Positions 9,608 through 18,480 of a DNA stretch of 54,277 bases are shown here, in pieces; position 1 is the stretch's first letter, and every line of letters begins with the position of its first letter. The stretch spans positions 28,663 to 82,939 of the forward strand of contig CAYOJP010000001.1 of the NCBI GenBank assembly GCA_964404305.1, written 5' to 3'. The notes under the pieces were generated by a model that saw only the letters and a program-made list of their open reading frames with translations, was not told the DNA's origin and did no database searches. The DNA comes from an uncultured Gammaproteobacteria bacterium (GTDB taxonomy: Bacteria > Pseudomonadota > Gammaproteobacteria > JADZEE01). The position numbers and the translations under genes are program-made.

Positions 9608-10729
9608 ATGACCGAGCAACCCCCGATCCACGCCTTCCACGGCGGCGCGTCGTTCGACGCGATCGGCGCCGACTTCGCCGACCTCTCGCGCCGCACCGGC
9701 GTCGTCGATGCCGACGTGCTGGACGCGTGGTACGACCCGGCCCCGGCGGTGCTCGAAACGCTGCGGCAACACCTGCCATGGCTCGTGAAAACGAGCCCGC
9801 CGACGCACGGCGACGGCCTGCGCGAGGCGATTGCCGCCCGCCACGGCCTGCCGGCGGCGAACGTGCTGGTGGGCGGCGGCACGTCCGCGCTGATGTTCCT
9901 CGCGCTGCCGAAGCTGATCGCGCCCGGCGACACCGTCGCCCTGCTCGATCCGATGTACGGCGAATACCGCCACATCGCCGAACACGTGCTTCTTGCGCGC
10001 GTGGTCGCCTGCGAACTGCAGGAATCCGCTGGCTTCCAGCCCGACCCGCGGGCCATTGCCGCGAGCGCCGCGGCTGCGCGCGCCAAACTGCTGGTCCTGG
10101 TCAACCCGAACAGCCCCACCGGCCGCTGCCTCGACCGCGACGGCCTCGGCGTGCTGCTCGCCGCGCTGCCCCGCGATTGCCGGGTCTGGATCGACGAGAC
10201 GTACATCGACTTCGTCGCCGACGTGCCCACCGCCGAACCGCTGCTGCGGCACGACCCGCGCGTGATCGTCGCCAAGTCGATGTCGAAGTTCTTCGCGCTG
10301 TCGGGGCTGCGCGTCGGCTATCTCGCCGCCGACCGCGCCCTGATCGACACGCTCGCGCCCTGGAACCCGCCGTGGAGCGCAGGCCTGATCGCCCAGGTCG
10401 CCGCGGTGCGCGCGCTGCAGAGCTACGACTGGTATCGCGCCCATGCCCGCCGCACGCACGAACTGCGCGAGCAGCTGCGCCGCGAGATCGACGCGCTGCC
10501 GGGGCTGCGCTGCTTCCCGAGCACGACGAACTTCCTCCTGTTCGCCACCGAACACGTGCCCGCCGCAACGCTCGTCGCGCGCTGCCGCGAACGCGGCGTC
10601 TACCTGCGCGACTGCGCGTCGCTGAGCCCACGCTTCCAGGCCCGGTTCGTGCGCACCGCCGTCAAGGATGCAGCGGCCAACCGATGCATCGTCGAGGCGC
10701 TGGCCGGCGCAGTGCGCGGCGCTTCCTGA
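9608..10729 (+). CDS. PLP-dependent aminotransferase, class I/II (histidinol-phosphate aminotransferase-like)
   Basis: The 373 aa ORF has a PLP-lysine motif (KSMSKFFALSGLRVGY), plus LVNPNSPTG and WIDETY motifs. Confidence 0.85.
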   Translation: MTEQPPIHAFHGGASFDAIGADFADLSRRTGVVDADVLDAWYDPAPAVLETLRQHLPWLVKTSPPTHGDGLREAIAARHGLPAANVLVGGGTSALMFLALPKLIAPGDTVALLDPMYGEYRHIAEHVLLARVVACELQESAGFQPDPRAIAASAAAARAKLLVLVNPNSPTGRCLDRDGLGVLLAALPRDCRVWIDETYIDFVADVPTAEPLLRHDPRVIVAKSMSKFFALSGLRVGYLAADRALIDTLAPWNPPWSAGLIAQVAAVRALQSYDWYRAHARRTHELREQLRREIDALPGLRCFPSTTNFLLFATEHVPAATLVARCRERGVYLRDCASLSPRFQARFVRTAVKDAAANRCIVEALAGAVRGAS

Positions 10730-10779
10730 CCGTGCCCCCCACCGGCCCAAAGCGCCGCCGGGCTAGACTCGCCACGCGC

Positions 10780-11880
10780 ATGAAGCACCTGCTGTCGGCG
10801 GTGATCCTGGTCGTCGCGTCGTGCACCGGACCGAGCACGGGCCTGCGCGGGTCCCTGCTGCTGATCGGCGGCGGGCTCGACAACGACAACGGCCCGGTCT
10901 ATCGGCGCTTTCTCGAACTCGCGGACCGCGACGCAAGGCAGAAGGGCATGCCCAACGTCGTCATCATGACCGCCGCCACCGGCCCGGAAGACGACGAGGC
11001 CACCGACAAGCGCGAGGCGCTGAGCACCTGGCGATGGGGCGTGCAGACCGTGGTCGTGAAGCGAGCGACGCCGACGGCGGCCGCGGTGGCGGCGATCGAC
11101 GCGGCGACGGGCCTGTTCTTCACCGGCGGCGACCAGCAGCGCATCACTGACCGCTACCGGCCCGGCGGCGCAGCCAGCCCCGAATGGCAGGCGATGCAGC
11201 GCCTGTTGCGCCGCGGCGGAGTGATCGCCGGCGCCAGCGCAGGCACCGCGATGATGGGCGACGTGATGCTGCTCGGCGGCTCGAGCGCCCAGGCACTCGG
11301 CATCGCCAAGGCCACGGCAGCGGCCGGCGAAGCACCGCCGCAGCTCGGGCCGCGCCTGGGCGCCGGCATGCAGTTCCTGCCCTACGCGCTGACCGACTCC
11401 CACTTCTTCGAACGCGACCGCCTCGGCCGCCTCGTCGCCGGCCTCGAAGCAAGCGAAGAGCGCCTGGGCCTCGGCATCGGCGAGGACGCCGCGGTCGAGA
11501 TCGACCTCGCGACGGGCGAGGTGGTCGGCCTCACCGTGGCCGAATCGCTGCTCGTCGACGCTGCGCACCTGCACCGCGATGGATCGTCGCGGCGCAGCAT
11601 CGTCGCGCGCGTGATCGGGCAGGGCGACCGCGTGTCGCTGCCCGCGCGACTCGCGACGCGCGGGACGCCGCCGCACGGCGCCGCGGCGATCCCGCACGTC
11701 TTTCAAGTGCCGGTCGTCGAACCCGGCCAGAACCGTCAGCTCGCCTCGTGGCGACTGTTCCACAAGGCCTGCACCCCGAACAGCGGCAACGTCTGGCGCC
11801 TGCAACTCGACGGCTGGCGCATCGTCGCGTGGTCGGTCGGCGGCGGCGAGGCGGCCTTCGATCTCGAGGTCGGGCCCTGA
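10780..11880 (+). CDS. Cyanophycinase-family (peptidase S51) lipoprotein
   Basis: Only the C-terminal 366 aa of the 889 aa track ORF is real. The ATG at 10780 gives MKHLLSAVILVVASC (lipobox). Family motifs are present: LLLIGGGLDND, FFTGGDQ, IAGASAGTAMMG (nucleophile Ser) and TDSHFFERDRLGRL. Confidence 0.75.
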   Translation: MKHLLSAVILVVASCTGPSTGLRGSLLLIGGGLDNDNGPVYRRFLELADRDARQKGMPNVVIMTAATGPEDDEATDKREALSTWRWGVQTVVVKRATPTAAAVAAIDAATGLFFTGGDQQRITDRYRPGGAASPEWQAMQRLLRRGGVIAGASAGTAMMGDVMLLGGSSAQALGIAKATAAAGEAPPQLGPRLGAGMQFLPYALTDSHFFERDRLGRLVAGLEASEERLGLGIGEDAAVEIDLATGEVVGLTVAESLLVDAAHLHRDGSSRRSIVARVIGQGDRVSLPARLATRGTPPHGAAAIPHVFQVPVVEPGQNRQLASWRLFHKACTPNSGNVWRLQLDGWRIVAWSVGGGEAAFDLEVGP

Positions 11881-11938
11881 GCTGCCACCACGCGGTGGGC
11901 AGTGGTGGGCACGCGACGGCGCAACCGCCGCCGCGGCT

Positions 11939-12553
11939 TCAGCTCAGGTCGAGCACGAAGTCGTAGCGCGCGAGCTTGGCCGTGCCGGCTGCTTCGACCG
12001 CCAGCACCAGCGACGGATCGAAGATCCCGTCCTGCTGGTTGCCGGGCTCGCCGGGGAAGTAGACCTGCGTGGTCAGGTGCAGCATCCCGGGCTCCGGTGG
12101 CAGGTCCATGCCCGCGGGCTGCACCTTGACGTGGATATGGCGCGTGCGCCCCGGATAGAGGCCCGGCACGATCGTCTCGAGGCGATAGCGGCCCTCGGCA
12201 TCCGTAAACTGGTGGCCACGCAGGCGGAGGCCGCGGTTGTCGTAGACGCCGTCATCGTCGCATTGCCAGAAGTCGAGCAACGCATTCGCGAGCGGTTGGC
12301 CCCGCTTGTCGAGCACACGGCCGGAAAGGTCGAGCGCGGTGCCGGCCATGCCGGGTTCGCGCAGGTTCGGTTTGCACGGCGAGAACAGCCGGTAGAACGG
12401 GCCCTCCTCCTGCCACGGCGTCGGCTCGGGTCCGTCCGGGTTGCGGGGCGCACGCGTCGGGGCGGCACAGCCGGGCAACAGACTCACCGCGGGAAGTGCC
12501 GCGGCCGCGAACAGGATCCGGCGGCGGCTCACGACGAAGTCGGGGGTCAGCAT
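11939..12553 (-). CDS. Intradiol ring-cleavage dioxygenase family protein with Tat signal
   Basis: The 204 aa ORF has a twin-arginine leader (SRRRILFAAAALPAVSLLPGC). Family motifs are EGPFY, DFWQCDDDGVY and GLYPGRTRHIHVKV. Confidence 0.7.
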   Translation of the reverse strand: MLTPDFVVSRRRILFAAAALPAVSLLPGCAAPTRAPRNPDGPEPTPWQEEGPFYRLFSPCKPNLREPGMAGTALDLSGRVLDKRGQPLANALLDFWQCDDDGVYDNRGLRLRGHQFTDAEGRYRLETIVPGLYPGRTRHIHVKVQPAGMDLPPEPGMLHLTTQVYFPGEPGNQQDGIFDPSLVLAVEAAGTAKLARYDFVLDLS

Positions 12554-12708
12554 GGTGGCATCCTCACGGGACGGGGTTCATCGATGATGGGATCTTCTGG
12601 GAGAGCGAGGAAGGCCGCGGTCCGGGATCAGATTCTCGCGCAGTCGATCCGCTCTCACCTCGGCGGGAAACAGGCCGCGGGCGGCAATTCCAAGGCTGCT
12701 TCCCCGCC

Positions 12709-13284
12709 TCACGGCGCGACGGCCGCCAGCGCCTGCTCGACGACGCCCGGCTCCTGCCGGCCGCGCAACCCGAAGCGGATCACGCCCGCCGCGTCGACCA
12801 CGTAGGTGACCGGGGTGACGTTGGACCAGCTGACCCGGTGGAACGCATCGGCGAACGCTGCGTCGGCCATCAGCACCGGCCGGGCGTATGCATGCCTGCC
12901 GATCGTCGCAGCCGATTCCGGCTCGCCCCAGCCGAGCACGGCATCGGTCATCACGTGCAACCACACGACATCGGCAGGCAGCCGGGTCTCCAGATTGCGC
13001 AGCGCCGGCGCCTCCAGGTCGCAACTGTGGCAGCGCGACCGGAAGAAGTGCAGCACGGCGCGCCGACCGCGCAGATCCGCCGCCGACCAGACCTTGCCCG
13101 CCCGGTCGCGCAGCGTGAACTCGGGCAGCGGCTTGCCGACGCTGTGCGCGATCAGCGCATCGACATGGCGGCGCACGAGGCCGGTCACGAGCAGGTAGAC
13201 CCCGAGGACCGCAGTGGGCACGAGGATCGCGATCCACGTGCGGCGGCTCGTGCGGCTGCGGGCGGGAACGGGGGCGGCGGCCAT
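12709..13284 (-). CDS. TlpA/redoxin-family thiol-disulfide oxidoreductase, membrane anchored
   Basis: The 191 aa ORF has one N-terminal TM helix (WIAILVPTAVLGVYLLVTGLV) and a thioredoxin fold with a CxxC motif (FFRSRCHSCDLEAP). Confidence 0.7.
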   Translation of the reverse strand: MAAAPVPARSRTSRRTWIAILVPTAVLGVYLLVTGLVRRHVDALIAHSVGKPLPEFTLRDRAGKVWSAADLRGRRAVLHFFRSRCHSCDLEAPALRNLETRLPADVVWLHVMTDAVLGWGEPESAATIGRHAYARPVLMADAAFADAFHRVSWSNVTPVTYVVDAAGVIRFGLRGRQEPGVVEQALAAVAP

Positions 13285-13360
13285 CGGCGCAGCCTACCGC
13301 ATCGCGGCAGCCCGCCGCGATCGACCAGCACCGGGCGCCCGGGCGACGCATCGGCCGGTG

Positions 13361-13699
13361 TCAGTCGCCCACCAGCAGCCGGAGCCCACCCGTCAACGAC
13401 GCGCCGAACACCGGGCCGCCGTCGAGCACCACGGCCTGCGCGTGGATCTCGACCCCGCGATAGCCGGGCACGGCCGGCAGCACGAGCGGCACCGACAGCT
13501 CGCCGCGCGCATCGAGCAGCCCCGCGAACGTGGCGCCGATCGCGCCGATCTGCTGGTCACAACCGAACCACTGCACGAGCCCAGGCTGCAGGCTGTAGGC
13601 GACGATCGCGAGCGCGTTCTGTGCACCCTCGACGTGCACGTGGCACGTGGCGCCGACCGCGGGCCGGCCGAACGCGCGCAGGTCGGGGCGATTGCCGCA
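13361..13699 (-). other. Shared C-terminal module, subtype I (last ~112 aa of the Kelch protein)
   Basis: The module reads CGNRPDLRAFGRPAVGATCHVHVEGAQNALAIVAYS...FGCDQQ...LDARGELSVPLVLPAVPGYRGVEIHAQAVVLDGGPVFGASLTGGLRLLVGD. It aligns by eye with the C-terminus of the BNR protein (15628-15996). Confidence 0.55.
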
Positions 13700-15418
13700 T
13701 GACCAGCCCGCCGCCGCGTCGCTGGGCGTCGGGCCGTAGACGCTGGTCACGCCGTCGCCGCCGTAGTGCACGAGCCGTTGCCGCGCCTCGTGGAACGCGA
13801 GCACGCCGTTCGCGATGTACGGCCCGGTGGCAATCGCATCGGGGTTCCAGTTCGTGCCGTCCCAGGCCCAGACCTGATCGCGCTGCGCCAGCACGACTGC
13901 GCCCCGCGCCGCGTCGAACGCGAGCGACGCGGTCCAGTCCTGCGGCAGCTGCGTCGGCGCCTTCTGCTGCCAATTGGTGCCGTCCCATTCCCAGGTGTCG
14001 CGCAGTTGCGCACTCCAGTTCTGGCCGCCGTAGAGCACGGTGCGCTGGCGCAGCGGGTCGAAACAGAGGCCGTGGTCGTGACGCGCCACCGGCGATGCCA
14101 ACGGCTGCAGCTGCGTCCACGCCACGCCGTCGAACTGCCAGGTGTCGTCGACCGGACCAAAGCTGCCGGTGCCGCCGAACAGCAGGACCCGGGTGCCGAG
14201 GCCCGCCATCGCGTGGCCGTACCGCGGCGGCGGCTGCTGCGCCGGAAACTGCAGGGTCCACGTGACCCCGTTCCAGATCCACGTGTCAGCCACCGCCTGC
14301 AGCGGCGGCAGCATGCCGCCGAACAAGACCATCGTCGTGCCCCTCGGCGCCATCGCCGAGTAGAGGCGCGCCCCTGGACTCAGGGCGCTGCGCTGCTGCC
14401 AGCCGCCGTTCCACACCCAGGTGCCGCCCGCACCGATGCCAGCGGTGATCAGGATCTCGCCACGCACCTGGTCGTAGGCCGCCGCCGGATCGGCCTGCAA
14501 CGGCATCTTGCCGTCGGTCCAGACCGGCACCCAGCTGGCGCCGTTCGCCCGCCAGACGTTGGCCCGGTCGGAGCCCGTCACCACATGGAGATGGTTGCCG
14601 TCCGACCAGCCGGGTGCCCGATCGCCGGCCGGCAGCGTGCCGCGCGCCGCCCATTGTGTTCCGTCCCAGCCCCAACAGTCACCGAACGGCAGCGACAGGC
14701 CGCCGCCGAGCAGCACGACCTCTTGGGTCGCCGGGTCGAAGGCAAGCCGGCTGCCGCGAGGCGACGGCGAAACGGCGGGCTGCTGCTGGAGCCACTGCCC
14801 GCCGTCCCATTCCCAGGTGTCGTTGAAGTAGCCGCCGAAGCCCTGCCCCCCGAACAAGACGACGCGCCCGCGCACCGGATCGAGCGCGAGCGCGGCCTGC
14901 GAACGCGGCGGCGGGCGCAGCGCGGGATTCAGCACGACCCAGGCCGTGCCGTTCCAGGCGTGCATGGCATCGGTGGGGTTCTGCAGGGGCAGCTGGTCCA
15001 GACCGCCGAACGCGATCACGCGGTTGCTGTTCTGGTCGAACGCGGCGGACGCTGCGACCGCCGGGGGCGAACCAGCCTGCGGCATCCACACCCACCCCGC
15101 GCCATCGGACACGTACGTGCGCGGCCAGCCGAGCCCGGCCCCCCCCTCCATCACCGCGACGATCTGGCCGCGCGAGGGGTCGTAGGCGACGAGCCGCGCG
15201 GCCCTGCCCTCGAGGCCGTCGGGCAGGTGAGGCCGCCAGCCGACACCGGCGAAGCTCCAGGTCCGCGCCAGCCCCGCCGTGAACCCGACCGCGCGCTGAT
15301 GCGCGGCGTCGAACACCACCGGATCGATGCGGGCTGGGCTACTGTCGACGCCGACCCAGGCCTGGGCGGGCAGCAGAGCGGCGAGCGCGGCGACAGCAGG
15401 CAGTTGGCGGATGTTCAT
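13361..15418 (-). CDS. Secreted Kelch / galactose-oxidase-type beta-propeller repeat protein with shared C-terminal module
   Basis: The ATG at 15418 gives the signal peptide MNIRQLPAVAALAALLPAQA. At least 8 repeats end in a W-x-W/F-D/N-G-x-x-W motif: DTWEWDGGQW, DCWGWDGTQW, GTWVWNGGW, DTWIWNGVTW, DTWQFDGVAW, DTWEWDGTNW and QVWAWDGTNW. Confidence 0.8.
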   Translation of the reverse strand: MNIRQLPAVAALAALLPAQAWVGVDSSPARIDPVVFDAAHQRAVGFTAGLARTWSFAGVGWRPHLPDGLEGRAARLVAYDPSRGQIVAVMEGGAGLGWPRTYVSDGAGWVWMPQAGSPPAVAASAAFDQNSNRVIAFGGLDQLPLQNPTDAMHAWNGTAWVVLNPALRPPPRSQAALALDPVRGRVVLFGGQGFGGYFNDTWEWDGGQWLQQQPAVSPSPRGSRLAFDPATQEVVLLGGGLSLPFGDCWGWDGTQWAARGTLPAGDRAPGWSDGNHLHVVTGSDRANVWRANGASWVPVWTDGKMPLQADPAAAYDQVRGEILITAGIGAGGTWVWNGGWQQRSALSPGARLYSAMAPRGTTMVLFGGMLPPLQAVADTWIWNGVTWTLQFPAQQPPPRYGHAMAGLGTRVLLFGGTGSFGPVDDTWQFDGVAWTQLQPLASPVARHDHGLCFDPLRQRTVLYGGQNWSAQLRDTWEWDGTNWQQKAPTQLPQDWTASLAFDAARGAVVLAQRDQVWAWDGTNWNPDAIATGPYIANGVLAFHEARQRLVHYGGDGVTSVYGPTPSDAAAGWSCGNRPDLRAFGRPAVGATCHVHVEGAQNALAIVAYSLQPGLVQWFGCDQQIGAIGATFAGLLDARGELSVPLVLPAVPGYRGVEIHAQAVVLDGGPVFGASLTGGLRLLVGD

Positions 15419-15627
15419 GAGGGTGCGGCAGGGCAACCAGTGTACCGGGCGCCGACCGGCAGGCGCTCCAGCCGCCATTCGTGCTGGGCATCGAGATCGG
15501 CGGCGCCGGTCGAGTCGCTGCTGCAGGCAGTGGCCGCGGTCACGCGTGCCGAGTGCGACGGCGTGGTACTCCGCTGGACCGCCAACCGACGCCGCGGCGC
15601 AGGCTCACGCCATCCGTCGACAACGCC

Positions 15628-15996
15628 TCAGTGGACGCTTGCCGACAGCACGTTCGTCGACACGGCGCCGCCGGGGTTGGCCCCGGGTGCAAGCAGCAGC
15701 GCACCGAACTGCAACTGGAAGCCGCCGCCGAGAGTGCCGGGGATGTTGAGCGGCAGCACTGCCGTGCCCGCCGGATCGGCAAGGACGAACGACGAGGTCA
15801 CCGGCGTGAAGAACATCCTGCAGTTCGTGAAGCCAAGCAAACCCAGATCGAACGGCGGTCGCAGGCAATCGAACCCGACGAACACGATGCCAGGGGCATT
15901 CGGCGGCGCGTCGACGAAGCCGTAGTGGAAGGTCGTGCCGATGGCGGGGAGGTCCTGAGCCATGAAGCGCGGTGTCACCGTCAGGCTGCTCTGGCA
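15628..15996 (-). other. Shared C-terminal module, subtype I (last ~122 aa of the BNR protein)
   Basis: The module reads CQSSLTVTPRFMAQDLPAIGTTFHYGFVDAPPNAPGIVFVGF...GFTNCRMFF...LADPAGTAVLPLNIPGTLGGGFQLQFGALLLAPGANPGGAVSTNVLSASVH. Confidence 0.55.
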
Positions 15997-17319
15997 CGCG
16001 GTGCCCCACTCAAGCGTGCGCGCCGCGGAGCCCAGGCGCAGGAAGTCGATGTAGCCATCGGGCCGGCTCGCCGGCAGGCCGCTGTAGCAGACCATCGCGC
16101 CGCTGCGAACGGCTTCGGCCCGCAGCCCGTCGACGCGGTCGAAGGAGTTGGCCTCGGTAGTCAACAGCAGCGGCACCGCGGGGGCGAGCGCCGGATCGGG
16201 CAGGACGGCGGCGCCGCCGGTCAAGGGATCGGGGCTCAGGATGCGGGCGTAGAGGTTCTGATAGTTCTCGCTGGCCTTGGCGAACACGGCGAACATCGTG
16301 CCGCCGTCGCCGCGCGCGAGGGAGAAGTGCTGGTAGGTGACGTTGCCGGCCGTGAGTCCGCTGTCGGTCTCGACCAGGCTCGTCGTCCACGTCGAATAGC
16401 CACTCGCCGCCGACGCGAACGCGACTTCGAGCGCGCCGCCTGCCGGGTTGGGCGGGCCGACCGAGTAGAGGATGTAGAGGTTGCCGACGTCGTCGCTGGC
16501 GATGCAGCTGCTGTTGGCCGCTCGCATGTTCGCTTGGTTGCCGCCATAGATCGGCACATCCGCGGCGGTCAGCCACTGCAGCGCGACCGAGTCGAAGGCG
16601 CGATACTTGATGCCGTAGAGCCCGGCGTTGGTGCGGAAGCTCAGGTGGAACGTCTCGCCGATCGCCTGCAGGCTCGCGAGCATGCCGTAGGAGTCGGTGT
16701 TGCAGCGGAACGGGGGCTGGAACGCCGTGTCACCCGTCCGCTTCACGAAGATGCCACCCGACCACGCGGCGAAGCCCGGAATGGTCGCCGGTGCGTTGTT
16801 GGTGTTGAAGGTGATGCCGATCGTGCCCTGGTCGGTGACTGCGATGTCGTTCGTGTAGCACTGGTTGCCGGTGGTCGTGCCAGCCAGCAGGATGTCAGGG
16901 GTGGCGACCCACTGATTGGTCAGGGTGTCGAACGCCTGGTAGTAGAGGTTGTGGAAGGTGCCCGTGTCGTTGCCGTGCCAACTGACGTGCACCAGATCGC
17001 ACCCGCGGTCGACGGCGATCGCGCCGCGACCGTCGCCGATCGTTGGCGTCTCGGCCATCCGCGTCCAGCTGGTGCCCTGGTCGGTCGACTTGTACAGGAA
17101 CAGGTGCCGGCCTGCCGGAGCCGTCGTGAGGTCGTAGTCCCAGGCGAGGCACCACATCGCGCCGTTTGGCTGGATGGCGAGGCTGCGAGTCCAGCCGCTC
17201 GAGAGGCGTGCCTGAAAGGGTGCGGTTCCGACATACACGGTGCCGGTCTGGGCCGGCAGGATGGCGCTCAGGAGAGCGGCGGAGACGAACGTCAGGACGG
17301 ACCGTGTAGTGGGCTGCAT
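15628..17319 (-). CDS. Secreted BNR/Asp-box (sialidase-like) beta-propeller protein with shared C-terminal module
   Basis: The ATG at 17319 is preceded by AGGAG and gives the signal peptide MQPTTRSVLTFVSAALLSAILPAQTG. An Asp-box is present (YKSTDQGTSWTRM). The enzymatic function is not assignable. Confidence 0.65.
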   Translation of the reverse strand: MQPTTRSVLTFVSAALLSAILPAQTGTVYVGTAPFQARLSSGWTRSLAIQPNGAMWCLAWDYDLTTAPAGRHLFLYKSTDQGTSWTRMAETPTIGDGRGAIAVDRGCDLVHVSWHGNDTGTFHNLYYQAFDTLTNQWVATPDILLAGTTTGNQCYTNDIAVTDQGTIGITFNTNNAPATIPGFAAWSGGIFVKRTGDTAFQPPFRCNTDSYGMLASLQAIGETFHLSFRTNAGLYGIKYRAFDSVALQWLTAADVPIYGGNQANMRAANSSCIASDDVGNLYILYSVGPPNPAGGALEVAFASAASGYSTWTTSLVETDSGLTAGNVTYQHFSLARGDGGTMFAVFAKASENYQNLYARILSPDPLTGGAAVLPDPALAPAVPLLLTTEANSFDRVDGLRAEAVRSGAMVCYSGLPASRPDGYIDFLRLGSAARTLEWGTACQSSLTVTPRFMAQDLPAIGTTFHYGFVDAPPNAPGIVFVGFDCLRPPFDLGLLGFTNCRMFFTPVTSSFVLADPAGTAVLPLNIPGTLGGGFQLQFGALLLAPGANPGGAVSTNVLSASVH

Positions 17320-17721
17320 GGGAAGCTCCTTGTGGTGCGCTGCACCGGGTCTTGGCGAGAGAGTCTTGGCGAAAGGCCGGCGGCTCGGCTGCGCCCCGTC
17401 TTCGGCAACGATGCGCTGGTCTGCCCCGTTTGCCAAGGTCCGTGACGCCTGCTCGCCTGCCCAACCGATCGGCGGAACCTCGTGCCGCAGCGCACGAGTG
17501 CGACCTGATGGCGATGGAACTTGGCGGCTACGGCAACCGCGACTTCCTGGTCGTCGGCGACGGGCGCAGCAACACGACGGCTGCGACCGCCGTCGTAGTG
17601 CTGGTCCTGTCCTGAGCGCCCCGCGAGGCAGCGGGAACAGGCTTGGAATCTGCTTCCGGCAACGGCGGAGCTGTGTATCTTCCGGCGCGCTCGGGTTCGG
17701 TCAGGATCCCGGTCAGCAACC

Positions 17722-18480
17722 GTGAGCATTCGCATTGGCGGAGTACCGTACGGCGTCGGCGCGCCCCTTCTCGCGGGCCTGGAATCCGACCCTGCCGTAA
17801 CGCTGCGCCGCGCGCCGCCGACGGAACTGATCACGGCCCTGCGCAGCGGGGCGCTCGATGCCGCCCTCGTGTCATCGGTCGAAGCCGTGCGCATGCCGGG
17901 CTACCGTGTCGCGCGCGACCTCGGCATCGCCTGCAAGCACGAGATCCGGTCGGTGCGCGCGTTCCGCCGCCGCGGCGTGCCGATCCGGCGCGTCGGGCTC
18001 GACCAGTCGAGCGCGACCTCGGTGGCGCTGCTCCGGCTGCTGCTCGTCAACGTGCACGCCCCCGACCTGGCGCCTGACCTCGTGTTCGAGACGATCGAGC
18101 CGACGCGGCGCCCGGCCGATCTCCCGCACGACGTCGTGCTGCTGATCGGCGACCACGGGCTGCACGCCGCCGCCGACGACCGCGACGTCTGGGACCTCGG
18201 CGCCGCGTGGCGGCGATGGACCGGACTGCCGTTCGTGTTCGCGCTGTGGGTGCTGCACCCGGACGCGGACGCCGCGCGCGTGCTGCCAGTCCTGCAGGCC
18301 GCCCGCGCCCGCGGCCGCACGCTCGGCGCGGTCGACGGCACGCACGGGGCCGCCCACTACGACCTCGACGACGAAGACCGGCGCGGCCTCGCACGTTTCT
18401 TTGCCGAGTGCCGCGCGCACGGGCTGGCCACGGCCGGCGATCCCCGCACCGTTTCCCCCTCGATCCCCGCATCTCGATGA
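17722..18480 (+). CDS. mqnA: Menaquinone (futalosine pathway) biosynthesis protein, MqnA/MqnD family (chorismate dehydratase-like)
   Basis: The 252 aa ORF has a GTG start. Family motifs are IRIGGVPYGVGAPLLAGL, LLIGDHGL and DLGAAWRRWTGLPFVFALW. Its stop codon overlaps the top6B ATG (ATGA). Confidence 0.75.
   Translation: MSIRIGGVPYGVGAPLLAGLESDPAVTLRRAPPTELITALRSGALDAALVSSVEAVRMPGYRVARDLGIACKHEIRSVRAFRRRGVPIRRVGLDQSSATSVALLRLLLVNVHAPDLAPDLVFETIEPTRRPADLPHDVVLLIGDHGLHAAADDRDVWDLGAAWRRWTGLPFVFALWVLHPDADAARVLPVLQAARARGRTLGAVDGTHGAAHYDLDDEDRRGLARFFAECRAHGLATAGDPRTVSPSIPASR

Noticed and set aside
9211-11880. 889 aa ORF covering the aminotransferase region and the cyanophycinase
   Set aside because: Only the last 366 aa (from the ATG at 10780, with lipobox) look like a protein. 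The upstream part is an out-of-frame overlap with the LysR and aminotransferase genes.
13766-17445. 719 aa and 654 aa + strand ORFs antisense to the Kelch and BNR genes
   Set aside because: They have Arg/Gly/Ala/Pro-rich composition and no motifs, and lie opposite strongly supported genes.
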